Shown: positions 52,400-64,000 of the stretch, one piece after another | Position numbering within the stretch: the stretch's first letter is position 1 | Layout of the letters: each line of letters begins with the position of its first letter | From: Octopus sinensis | Lineage: Eukaryota | Length of the DNA stretch: 64,000 nucleotides | Reading direction: 5' to 3' | NCBI RefSeq assembly: GCF_006345805.1 | Contig: NC_043008.1 | Location: 72,230,001 to 72,294,000, forward strand | The notes under the pieces: generated by a model | What the model was told of the DNA's origin: nothing | The model's input: only the letters and a program-made list of their open reading frames with translations | Database searches by the model: none | Translations under genes and position numbers: made by a program

Positions 52400-55200
52400 C
52401 TGCATAACTGTCGGACAGTTCTTGATTACCAGTTATCCTTTACTTGAAACAAAGCAATAACAAATCGCCAAAGGTTTCAAGAAGTGCCTTCTCCTGTGAC
52501 TCAAAAAGACAATAGAATGCGAGCTGTGTACGCAACAATACTGTCTTCTGGATCACCTCGAGCCTGACAGCAGCTCCAATATACTTAATGTTTTTCAAAA
52601 CCCTTGGAAACTGCTCCTAATGCTCCGTTACTTTCCCCATGCACCATAACTTTCCATTCTCGTCCCGCAGTGGTTGGTATTACTCAATATTTTCGGTTTC
52701 CTAGAATAGCCTGGTATTGCAACATCTATTATCTTTACTCCTTTTTCATCTTTATCGACGAGCACAATATTTGGTCGTCTCGCCTTTATGACTTGGTCGC
52801 TCTGCTTGTTTGCTTTACCACGCAACAGCAAGTGGACATATCTGGCCACATAGTCGTTTCTCCTTTTGTATTCGTGTTGTGCAAGCCTACAGCACTCACT
52901 AACAATATGGCTTTTACTTTCTCCCTTCTCAGAGCACATTGTACACTGTGGCGAGTCAGGGCTTTTACAAATGTGACATTTGGAGCAGTTTGTTCTGAGG
53001 GCTTGTTCTTAAGCGCTGCACACTAATGCCTCAGTGGGCCTTTTTAAATCTCCTTTCAGCAGTCATTGCCAGGTTCTATTCCAATCAATCTCATCTTTAT
53101 TCTTCAAGACCTGACTCTGCATTTTCTTGTCCTGCATTTGCTCTCTCTCTGGTCTTTCTGAAATTGTGTTGGATGTACGGCTTCCTTCACTTTTAAGGTT
53201 TCCTACATTTTCACTGCTTCAGTGATTTCTTTTTTACGCCCTTTGACATACCATGCCAGGCTATTCTCCTCTTTCCTAACACAACCTTACATAATTCCCG
53301 TCCTCTTTCTTTCTTCTTTACATACAATCTTGAAATATCATCTTGAGGTGTTGTTCATTGCTCATTGTCGTTAATTTACGCGTTCTCTGGTCTATCTCTT
53401 GTAATTCAGACTTCTTCCAAGATATTATTCCTGCCCCATACCTCATCAAAGGAACCGCCCACATTTTACTTGCTTTAATCTTATAGCGGCCATTTAACGT
53501 CGATTGGAGCACAAGCCAACTTCTCAAATACTCTTTCCTGTACATTTCTTTCATCTTGTGTTCATTCGTCTTATCTCTTTCGATGATACCCAGGTACTTA
53601 TATCCTTCCTCTCCGAAATCCTTTATAGTTTCACCACTTACCAACTTGATCCCATGACTTTTACTGATTTTTCCCCTTTTGCAAATCATTACATCACATT
53701 TATCGATCCCAGATTCCATGCTAAACATCTTTGCTAATCATCTGCACAGTTGCTGTCAAACCCTCAATTTCTTTCTCAGCCTTAGCGAATAGCTTTAGGT
53801 CATCCATAATCCACATGTTGTTTAAATTCACTCTGCATGTATGTATCCCACGCGCATCATCCTTAAAACGTTGGTTAGTAGCAGTATGCAGACAACAAAT
53901 AGGAGAGGCGATAGACTGGCCCTTTGGAAGATTCGTCTTTTGATATTTACCTCTCCCAGCTTATCTCCCCATGCTGAGAGTTCAGTTCGCCACGTTGTCA
54001 TTGGGTTTTGTATTAACTCCAGGATATTGTGGGAGACCTTAATCAGTTTAAGACATTCAATGTTCCACTAGTGTGGCACCCTGTCATATGTTTTCTTGTA
54101 GTCCACCCATGCCATCGCCAAATTGTTGTGTCTCTTCTTGCAGTCAGCCAGGAAAGTCTTATCGATTAGTAATTGATCCCTCATTCCCCTGCTCTTACAT
54201 CTACACCTTTTTTCCACTAGTAGCAAGTCGTTCTCATCTAGGTACTTATAGATGCTGTTTGATATGATGCCTGTCATCATTTTCCATATCAGTGACAAAC
54301 AAGATATTGGCCGGAAATGTCCAACCGCATCCCCTTTTCTTGGGTCCTTCTGGCATACTACAGTTCTTCCTTTTGTCATCCAGGCCTGTACTTGGGTGTC
54401 CCTACTCAGTATTTCGTCCATCTGTCTCGCAATTATTTTGTGCAGAAGTGTCAAGGTTTTAAGCCAATAGCCCTGAATCCCATCTGGGTCAGTCTCTTTC
54501 TAGTTAGGAATTTCCTCCACTGGTCTCTAATCATCTCCTCGGTTATTCTCAAATCCTCCCGCTGATACTGTCTATAACCACTCTGCTTCAGTTTCTCTTG
54601 ACACCATATGTTTGACCAGAATCTTTTACTTTCCTCAGCATCCGGCACAGCCTTTTCGCTTTTTTTTTCCTATCCGGTTCCAAACTAGTTTCTGATTTTG
54701 TTCGAAAAGCCTGTTTAATCTATACTTCTCAATTCTTCTCTGTTCATATCTCTGTAGCTTTCAACCTCTGTTTTAATTCCTCAGTCACAACATTGATTCG
54801 CCTTCTCTTCACCACCTCTCTATACTTCCTCTCTAGCTCAACATATTTCTCTCGCTGAAATTCATTTCTTTTTTCCGTTCCAGAATATTAATATGTTTTC
54901 TGGTCTCGTTAACAGACTGCGTTATTCTTCCTTTCCAACATCGTTCCTTCAGGTTATCTTGACATTTACCTTTGGCTTTCAAACCTAACTCCTGGGCTAT
55001 AAAGATCGAGATTGCATTTATCAGATTGTTGGTGTCTGTGATGTTGTCAGTCCTGATATCACCAGGGATATCATTTATCTTCCTGACCCGTTCATTGAGT
55101 TTCTCTTTGTCTACTTTTGAACCACGTATGAAATCTCTGTTCACAAGACATCCAATTATCTGTGATTTTATTATTGTTGTTAATGATGACACAATTTTAT
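52400..55200 (-). mobile_element. Long degenerate Dong-like LINE (N-terminus, RT, CCHC, RLE, 3' UTR)
   Basis: ORF pieces 54833-55204, 54451-54648 (PDAEESKRFWSNIW), 54068-54454 (FRPISCLSLIWK, AWVDYKKTYDRVPH), 53318-53728 (GYKYLGI) and 52628-52939 (SHIVSEC, YKRRNDYV, RRPNIVLVD, IIDVAIPG). A short degenerate AAT tail lies at about 52381-52399. Confidence 0.92.
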
Positions 55201-55339
55201 ACAAAATCTTGAAATTTCAAAATTTTGAAATTTCACCTGAAGTAAAAGTAAGCTGTACGTTTTGCAGCAAGTGTTATTTATGAGTAAGATAGGCATATTT
55301 CATGGAAAAGATCCCATATACTATACATTAAATATTTTC

Positions 55340-55455
55340 TACTCTAGGCACAAGGCCCGACATTTTGGGGGAGTGGAACAGTCGATTAGATTGACCTGAG
55401 TACGCAACTAGTTCTTAATCCATCGACCCCGAAAGGATGAAAGTCAACCTTACTA
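55340..55455 (-). mobile_element. tRNA-derived SINE 3' half
   Basis: ctctaggcacaaggcccgacattttggggg...tcgaccccgaaaggatgaaag. Confidence 0.85.
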
Positions 55456-55479
55456 TATGTTAAATATTACCATTATTAA

Positions 55480-55675
55480 TGCAGGGAGCTGACCGATTCT
55501 TTAGTACGCCGGACAAAACGCTTTCCGACATTTCGTCGGCTTATATATACTGAGCTCAAAATCTGCCGAGGTTGACTTTGCCTTTTAAATCCCTTTGGGG
55601 TCATTAGAATAAAGATCAAGGTCGATATAATCGAAAAACGCCTCTTCTGGTACTAAGTTGATGGCCTTGAGCTTC
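55480..55675 (+). mobile_element. tRNA-derived SINE, diverged
   Basis: gggagctgaccgattctttagtacgccggacaaaacgctt...gagctcaaaatctgccgaggttgactttgcc. Confidence 0.8.
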
Positions 55676-57378
55676 AAATATAAATATTACTATTATTGCC
55701 TCTGTGAGTGTGCATACGGGATTGCCTGAGCGCATGCATTTCTTGTAAGTACGTGTGTGTATATATATGTGTGTGCGTTTGTGCATGTGTGTGTGTGTGT
55801 ATGTGTGTATGTGTTTGTGTGTCTGTTTGTAATTGTAATATATTCATAATTATAACAAAGGTTTGGCTATACGCCTCTCCACGCGCTAGAAAATAAACGC
55901 CAAAAGACACTAAAACGACCTTAACAACTCCGAAAACTAAAACACGGGCTGTAGTCAAGCAAAGGAAAGATAATGAATTAAAATCATGGTTAAATGTGTA
56001 GAAGATCCCGTTTCAAGCTTAAGGTAAAGAAATTATACTCTTGGTAAAATCATTAATGATGTTTGCCCTTTATTATAATATATATGTGTGTGTGTATGTG
56101 TATCTATATATATGTGTGTGTGTATACATAAATCTATGTGTGCATGTCATGTATGGATACAGAGAAAGAGAGAGAGGGTGAGAGACAGATTTGTGTGTGT
56201 ATGTCACAATTCAAAGCGTAAACATTTAACGATTTATATCTAAATACATTTTTGGTTCTTAATAGTACACAAACATATATATATATATATATATAAGGGT
56301 ATGACTGTGTGTTGGGTGCACGTGTGTGGAGGGCTGTGTGTGTGTGTGTATGTATGTATGTACGTCTACATATGTATGTATTTTTGTGTCTTCTCTTTTC
56401 AAGCATATTATTTGAAAATAAACAGTATTCTCTTGAAATTCTAAGAGACAATTGTCTATAGTTAATAGTCACCAAATATATATTCACTCTGAAGAAATAA
56501 ATAAGTGTATTGTTGTTGAATGTTGCCAAAAGCAATGTGAAGACATTACTTTTCTTTACTTTTTGACAATTTCAAGGAATACAGTATACCCATACGCATG
56601 CATACGCACGCACAGGCGCGCACACACACCGACACACGTACAGACACACATACGCGCACATACGCACTGATATTACACTATAGCAGCTCATTAACATGTA
56701 TCTCGTTTTCTTTAAGCTGCAAAATACCTTTACAAAGAACCATTTGGTTTCTGACTAAAATATTCGACCAAAATAATAAAATGAAATAAATCTGGGACAG
56801 AATTGTAGAGAACATAATCAGGTCTCGAAGAAAACTCTTGTGCGTTTTGTGAAGATTCTTCAGTTATATTTCATGTTTTGTTTGGAATTTTTCCGATTCT
56901 CAAGATGGAGGATTCTGTATTACTTAAAACTCACCAAATGCAAACGCGAATAACTACTGATGCTATCAATCCTTACTAGTGCATACAGACAGACCCACAT
57001 ACAGATAGTTAGATGGGTAACGGTAGATAGATAAATAGGACTAAGATAAACATATATAGATACACGCTCATATATGTATCTATAATCACATGCATATGTG
57101 TGTGAGTGTTTATGTGCATGTTTTATGTAAAAATTGTGTACAAGTATATGTATGTGTGTTATTTTCATGTTTAGAACTGTACATACATTTTTATAAACCA
57201 GCCTGATTTCTGCATTGTTGTTAATGAACTACTATATTGAGTAGTATTACGAGTTATGTGTTACAGAGATAAAGTAGAAAAAATAAGGATAAACACAAAT
57301 TTATGTTAAGTGCATACATTTCTCTCACTATAGTGGATGGCTGTAGTCTGGCAACAAATAATCCAATTGCATAAAGAA

Positions 57379-57475
57379 GCTCAACTTCAACGGATCCTCA
57401 TGGAACACTTTATTGCATCGTTATAAACGGACTTGATACAATAAAGGGTTCCTTAAGGATTCATCGTAATTGAAC
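57379..57475 (-). ncRNA. Candidate pri-miRNA-like hairpin, not a family I recognise
   Basis: On minus: a 41-position unbulged stem with 31 Watson-Crick pairs, 6 G-U pairs and 4 mismatches, and a 15-nt loop, in unique non-TE DNA. Confidence 0.45.
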
Positions 57476-58188
57476 AGCTATATGCATTTGGAACTTATAT
57501 CACAGAGCTTCAATTAACTTTCTTGGTGAAACGCGCGTAGGAACTTTAATACTAAGTTGCATTTCTCCTCTGATTTCTCTTTGCCGTTTTATTTTTAAAC
57601 ATTCTTGATACGGATGCAATATTTCAATAGGAATTTGCGTAAATTAAGAATTATCAATTATATTAAAAATTATTTTAAAAAGCATATTTTATGTAAATTT
57701 TGTTTTCTGTTATCTGTAATTTGCTGTTTTCAGTTTTTCAAAAAGGTAAGTTTGTGTTGAGACAGTTATTTTTAGCAGCAATGTCGATTATTTCTGGTTT
57801 AGTGTCCGATTAAAAATCATGTTATTCTTCCTTTTGAATTCATAATTGATTATTTCTCTGCCTTTATTTTGCTAAAAGGGAATATACTTTTAGGGAACGC
57901 TTTCCAACTTTCTTGTCAAGAAACACATTTAATTATTTTAATCTAAGGAAAATAAGAAACCTAATCCTTAGGCATAAATTTATGAATATATATGTGAGTA
58001 TTTTTGAGTATGTGAATATGTGCAAGATTGGCGAATATATATAGCACCGTGTGGACAATACAACAGAACACACAAACACATACATATACATGCACGCACA
58101 CACGCAAACATACGGTATCATATAGTATATATACAGAGATATTTTCATGTGCAATATCATCATCTTCATTATCATTCTACTCCATCAC

Positions 58189-58224
<36 letters not shown>

Positions 58225-58399
58225 ATATATATATATATATATATTAGAGGTTTTGGTATCCAGTTGACCCAAAATGCAGGTAAGGTTATGTAAGTGCTAC
58301 GGAAGAACCGCTGATAGATTCCCGGTTCGATAATAGTATGACTGAGGAGCCAAATGCGGGTCGTGTGTTAATGTGTACATGTTAAATAGAATGAGATAA

Positions 58400-58500
58400 C
58401 AAACCAAGGCAATGTGAAATTTCTAGGACGATTATAAATAGAAAGGTTTTCTTACAGCTGTTTCAGGGATATGAAGGATATCCCATCACCAGAGACGATA
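58400..58500 (-). mobile_element. Penelope-terminus-like module (family 1) with a degenerate hammerhead
   Basis: Minus strand 58496-58449: GTCT-CTGGTGA-T-GGGATAT ccttc ATATCCC-T-GAAAC-AGCT-GTA-AGAA. Homologous to the 2329-2541 arms. Confidence 0.62.
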
Positions 58501-59911
58501 TGAGAGAGTTAAATAGAAGGAAACAAAATTCAATATAAGAAGTTATTTTGCAAAAGGAGAAATACAAGAGTTATAAAGGGAAATATAAGAATAGAAATAA
58601 GAATATATGCTGGATGTTACAGTTACAGTTCAATTATCCGAGGAATTTGCTGTGTAGAATAGGTAAAGAGGCTTCTTGTTCATGGTATGTAAATTCCAAC
58701 AGGAGTTCATATTATGTTATTACAAATGGATAGTATGCAGATATTAATTCCATGTCTTGTTCATTCAAAGGGATCTTGCAGTGTAAAGGAAATTTTGAGA
58801 ATATACTGGTAGGAGGAAGTAGATAGAGAGAAGAGAATAGATAAGTATGTTAGAAAGAAGAGAAATGGAATTGGTCAAAAAGATTGGGGGAGGAAAGAAA
58901 GAAAGAAGGAAAGAAAGAAAATGGGTGAGAAAATGCAAAAAGGAGTGCTAGATGGTGGCCAAGATATTGTGATGTGGTGGGTAGAGGAAAGCTATCTGTA
59001 GATAAAAGGAATAGGAGGCGGGATAGAAGGAAGAAATAAGAATGTAAGAAAGGAATATGTATGAGAAGTGGGAGGTGGGCTGATATGTCTGAAAGGCACT
59101 ATGGTGGTAGATAAATAATGCGATACGGAGGGGAATACTAAAAGTGAGTAGTACACCTCGAAAAGTAAAGGACGAATAAGAAGATATAATGGCCAAGTTT
59201 CTAAAAATAAACGTAGACATATATTGTACTAGCTAAAGTGATGGGGGCGCCTGATAAATTAGGGAGATAAAGAAAAATATGTACATAGATATGCGTACAC
59301 ACTTATACATATAAATGTGTATATACACTATTATGTAGGCCCGCATACTCGCACATATACTCATACATATCTACCTATTTACATATGCACACATGTACAA
59401 ACACACACACATACACACACACACAAATACACACACACACATATATATATATATATGTATATATGTATATGTATATATATTACTAGACAATTAAAAAATT
59501 TTAATTCAAATTTAAATTAAGAAATTGGAAAGTCAAATGAGGTTGCTGGAGGTTACCTAAGGGGTACTTAGTATATGTATCGTGTGGTGATTTAGGTTGC
59601 GTTTAGATCTATGGTAAAATTTGAAGGTATGAAAAAAGCGGTGGTTGCATATACTTAGGGCGTCGTTATACTTATTTAGTAGTATTGAAGTGTGATGTTT
59701 TAATATGTGGAATGCCTGCTTTAGGCATAACTTACAGACTGATCGTTCACCCTGCTATTGATGTTCTTAATCCATTATGGACCATTATAAGTTATACTAT
59801 TTCCTTCTATTTAACTCTCTCATATAATCTCTGATGATGGGATTTTTTTTTATAAATGTTCTAGAAATTTCACACTCCCTTGGCTTTGTATCTAATTTTA
59901 TTTAACACACT

Positions 59912-60002
<91 letters not shown>

Positions 60003-60005
<3 letters not shown>

Positions 60006-60150
60006 AACAGTATAACGCGGCTTTGCCCGAGATTAAGTTAGGATTATTAATCTAATCAAGTTCTTTATTTGAAACCAAACTAAGTAACATCGACGTCAGA
60101 TTTGGGCGAAATCCGTTCAAATTGGCTTATATATATCTGGGCAACACACA
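60003..60150 (+). mobile_element. Possible non-autonomous Helitron fragment (Lep1/HINE-like motifs)
   Basis: aacgcggctttgcccg near the 5' end and gatttgggcgaaatccgttca before a (CA)n tract resemble motifs of invertebrate mini-Helitrons. Termini were not confirmed. Confidence 0.3.
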
Positions 60151-60585
60151 TACACTTACACACACGTACACACACGTACGCGCGCGTGTGTGTGTGTGCG
60201 TGTGTGGTGTGTGTGTGTGTGTGTGTGTGCGTGTGTGTGGGGGGGGTGTTGCTCGTATATAAACAAAACACCTTTTCCTTCGATGGAAAAAACAACAAAA
60301 TCTTCACAAAAACTTACACGTCGATAGAAGTAGACTTAACTCCTGTTTGCAAACAATGGTGATTTCTTTGACTTGAAAAGTGTTAAAAGTTTTAGTTGAA
60401 ACTTTACTTTTACTGCTATTCGCTGGTGCCTCTGGTAAAAATAAGCTAGGGTCATAATCAATGTCCTCCTAAAATTGGAGAGACATGCGTGCTAATTTGT
60501 GGACAGGCATAAAATACATTTACGTACACACACACATACACACACTCACACATTCTGCCTTTTATATATACAGTTATATATATAC

Positions 60586-60670
<85 letters not shown>

Positions 60671-60920
60671 TCACATATATATATAAACTTGAAGGATGAA
60701 AAAAGACTCACGTATTTTTCAAACGTACCACCAATTTCATTTTTGAAAGTTGTGTCGGCAATCTATCAAAATGAATATTAAACAAACTTCCTTGTGAGAT
60801 GGCAAATAATAATATACATATGTGGTTGTTCATTTTTTAACTTCTCAATACAAAGTGGATACACATACAGATAAATCACATTTACAGACACACAAACACA
60901 CAAAAATACTGATATATATT

Positions 60921-60922
<2 letters not shown>

Positions 60923-61003
<81 letters not shown>
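60923..61003. repeat. (GATA)n tetranucleotide array, about 20 units
   Basis: Direct reading. Confidence 0.97.
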
Positions 61004-63128
61004 TCTGAATGAAAGAAATTATTTAAATTATGTGCAGTAGATAAATTATGGTTCAAAATGTGCTAAAATCGAAAACTGTGTGCCGCCAATACCGTTTTTT
61101 AATTATTATATCTATGCTCTCTATATTGGAAAATAATAGTATAATTAAGACTTATTAAGAGGTCTGTGTGAAAATACGCGTCAACATGGTATTATAGAAA
61201 CACCTCATGACGCCAAAACGATAATAAAATTTGATAGTGAATATTAATAAATATTGTGACATTAAACGTTTTGTAAACAAACTTTAAAATTTCTGAGAAT
61301 AAAAACTTTTGCATAACACTTGCTTTCAAACATTGATCCGATTCAGTCAAGGTCTCCTCTCGATTTATTTCTACCTAAATATGTCGACAGTGCAGGTATT
61401 TTGGAATATAATATTGCACAAAATAAACATTTTCCGATTTTCCAATAGTTTGAAAATGTATGTATTTAATAAAAACGTATGTGGAGTACGGGTCATATGG
61501 GCGAAGATATCAGGTTTGGCTGTGACTTTAATGTAAAAGCAGTGGTGTTAGGTGCAACGTTATATATAAATGTAATTTTCATATTCATTCAATTTTAATA
61601 ACCAAGACGAGATTTCAGCATTTTCATTCAAATTTCTTTAAATGCCAAGAATACTTAAGAATAAGATTATCCTAAGATTTTAGCATACATATAAATAGGC
61701 TACTTTGCGCCTCTTTGAAATAAAGATTTATTTCATAATTGTTAAGCAAAGATTAGTTTTCTGTATTTATTTTCAAGCTAAACAGTAAAAATTAATAGTA
61801 AAAATTAATAATTTCAATAATAGATGAAACGCTGAAGCACCAAATTTAGGAGTTTGATTATATTAGAAATAATTAATCAAACATAGGAAAATTTGATAAA
61901 TATTGGACATGGGAATTGAAAAGTATTATTGTTATATATATCACATGGGAAGTATTTGTTTTTCTAAATGATTCTTAAAATTATTGTTTTAATTTGTATA
62001 TCAATAGAATCAAGAAAAACTTCAAAATGAACTTTGTGCATTAAAGTTTTAAGAATTGTTTTCGGTTTTGGCAATGTGTTATTTTATACCATTTGTTTTG
62101 CAAAGTTTTACAGCCATTTTTCTCCTCGTTTTTATCACTCTCATCCTGATCATCACTATTAGATGCAGTAAAGACAGCAAAGATGTGAGCAAGGGAGATG
62201 CCAAGCGCCATCGCAAGGGTCTACGTGACAACTATGGGATCAGGAAGTTTGCTATCTGTTGCTTGGATTGCCACGATAACGTCAAGCACATGATGTATTC
62301 GAGCATTCTTTGTGCGAATGTTAACGAAATCATACCCACTTTGTCTCAAACAGACCGATTCATATTTGCTGTAGTATTTGCTTCGCTGGCTTCATTCAAT
62401 TCCTTTATTGCTGATTTACTGTCATTATTCTTTCCCCTCAGATTCCTCAATGCCGTTTTTAATGATTTTCTTTTGGTCAATTTATTAAAATTTACTTTCT
62501 GATTAATTTAAAATTTTGAAATATATTGATATGATTTTGATTTTATAATTTTTTGAGTTTTGTCTCGATAAAAATTATTTTCTGTCTGTAAAAAGTTTTG
62601 CATATTAAAAGAGTAAGTTAAAATTTAAAAAATACCGACGCAGGAGCAAAGCTATTCTTAATTAACATGGACAAGTACTGGGCAAGAAAGACTAGAAATT
62701 TATAATATGGCAGCTGAACGTATTTGAACTTCATATGCTTTCACAAAGAGAGGGAGAGAGGGAGAGACAAAGACACAGAGACAGAGACACAGACACAGAG
62801 ACAGAGACAGACAGACAGTCAGACAGACACAGAGAGAACCAAGGAAAAGAGAAAGAAAAACCATGGTGTCCTGAGGCGGCATGATAATAATGGGATTAAA
62901 TATTAAAAAGTCACTTTTTTTCACCCCTATCGCCTCCTCGTGTGCATGTCTAACTGAGATTATAACCCATGGTTTGTACTGAGACTGAGAAAGATATATA
63001 TGTGATTTAAGGGAGGAACAGTGTTAAGGGGAAAGTTTTAAGGCATCATGTGGCTGAGAATGTTGGATTCATAGAGCTTCGTGAATCTTTGTCTTTACTG
63101 AGGAATAATTTTCTTTTCTATTTCTTAG

Positions 63129-63257
63129 TTGGGAAAAGTAGTTGCTCCCTAGCAAATTCACACCATTATTTCTCATTGTTATTACTGAGTTGGCAGATAC
63201 TAAGCAGGTTTAAATGTATCCCAGTAATTCTTCCCACCAAAATGTATTCACACTTCG
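63129..63257 (+). CDS. Candidate 129-nt symmetric phase-1 exon of an unidentified gene
   Basis: Long polypyrimidine tract plus AG at 63127-63128, G|GTATGT donor at 63258, and one open frame (GKSSCSLANSHHYF...KMYSHF). No homology recognised. Confidence 0.2.
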
Positions 63258-63435
63258 GTATGTCTAAACGTCAGCTCAGCTATGGTTGGCAGAAAAGGAG
63301 GGAGAGTGGAATGTAATGGAAAACCAATCCATTTTGGAGTTTTGGAGCCATTTGGCGTCTTCTTCTAGCATGTGGCGCTAATTAAATACTTTGTGTGTAT
63401 ATATAGAGAGAGATATATAAAGTTGAAATTTACAA

Positions 63436-63580
63436 GAAAACAAAAGACGAAGATAGATGTATGAACAACGAGCAGGTGCATTAGTTTGATGCTCAGGAAA
63501 GTGAGAAAGTCTTCTACATTTCAAGTTTGAGCTCTTCAACAAAACAGAATAAGAGAACGTAAACAAGGAGAAAATTAAAA
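63436..63580 (-). mobile_element. Dispersed repeat, Penelope-terminus-like family 3 (second copy)
   Basis: aaagacgaagatagatgtatgaacaacgagcaggtgcattagtttgatgctc matches 28525-28580. Confidence 0.6.
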
Positions 63581-63625
63581 AAACCTTGTGGATTTAGCGA
63601 TCTAGCATGGCGATTGTAAATGAGT

Positions 63626-63668
<43 letters not shown>

Positions 63669-63732
63669 GTAAAAAAATACAAACTGGGACAAGAACGTGA
63701 AACGCTTAGAAGACGATATATATATATATATA

Positions 63733-63950
63733 TCTTTTACTCTTTTACTCTTTTCAGTCATTTGACTGCGGCCATGCTGGAGCACCGCCTTTAATCGAGC
63801 AACTCGACCCCGGGATTTATTCTTTTGTAAGCCCAGTACTTATTCTATCAGTCTCTCTTGCCGAACCGCTAAGTAACGGGGACATAAACGCACCAGTATC
63901 GGTTGTCAACCGATGGTGGGGGGACAAACACAGACACACAAATACATACA
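63733..63950 (-). mobile_element. Octopus-type SINE with an RTE-like 3' tail
   Basis: Minus strand ends aaggcggtgctccagcatggccgcagtcaaatgactgaaaagagtaaaagagtaaaaga. The copy looks young and intact. Confidence 0.9.
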
Positions 63951-64000
63951 CGCGTATATATATATATATATATATACATACATACGATGGACTTCTTTCA

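Noticed and set aside
58262-58285. Strong donor GCAG|GTAAGG as evidence of an exon
   Set aside because: No credible acceptor or reading frame upstream; isolated consensus matches are expected by chance in 64 kb.

Overview
AT-rich, microsatellite-saturated animal DNA, either intergenic or deep intronic. No protein-coding gene could be recognised. The repeat content points to an octopod cephalopod (inference): tRNA-derived SINEs with A/B boxes, many R4/Dong-clade RLE retrotransposons sitting in (TAA)n, and very high (TA)n/(TG)n/(ATT)n density. Mobile elements seen: one near full-length but broken R4/Dong-like LINE on + (31311-35416), about eleven more Dong-like fragments all on the minus strand, an RTE-clade remnant with an internal inversion, several Tc1/mariner remnants and MITEs, more than ten SINE copies, and three families of Penelope-terminus-like modules carrying degenerate minimal type I hammerhead ribozyme motifs. 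Best candidates for something new: (1) a strand-asymmetric pri-miRNA-like hairpin at 57379-57475 (-); (2) the hammerhead-bearing mini-modules, including a fold-back copy and an outward-facing pair bracketing the Dong element; (3) two in-frame chimeric junctions between different transposon lineages; (4) several fold-back inverted duplications. Nearly all ORF-track entries are microsatellite artefacts or TE fragments. Coordinates and alignments were read by eye, so TE boundaries are approximate, and no database search was run.
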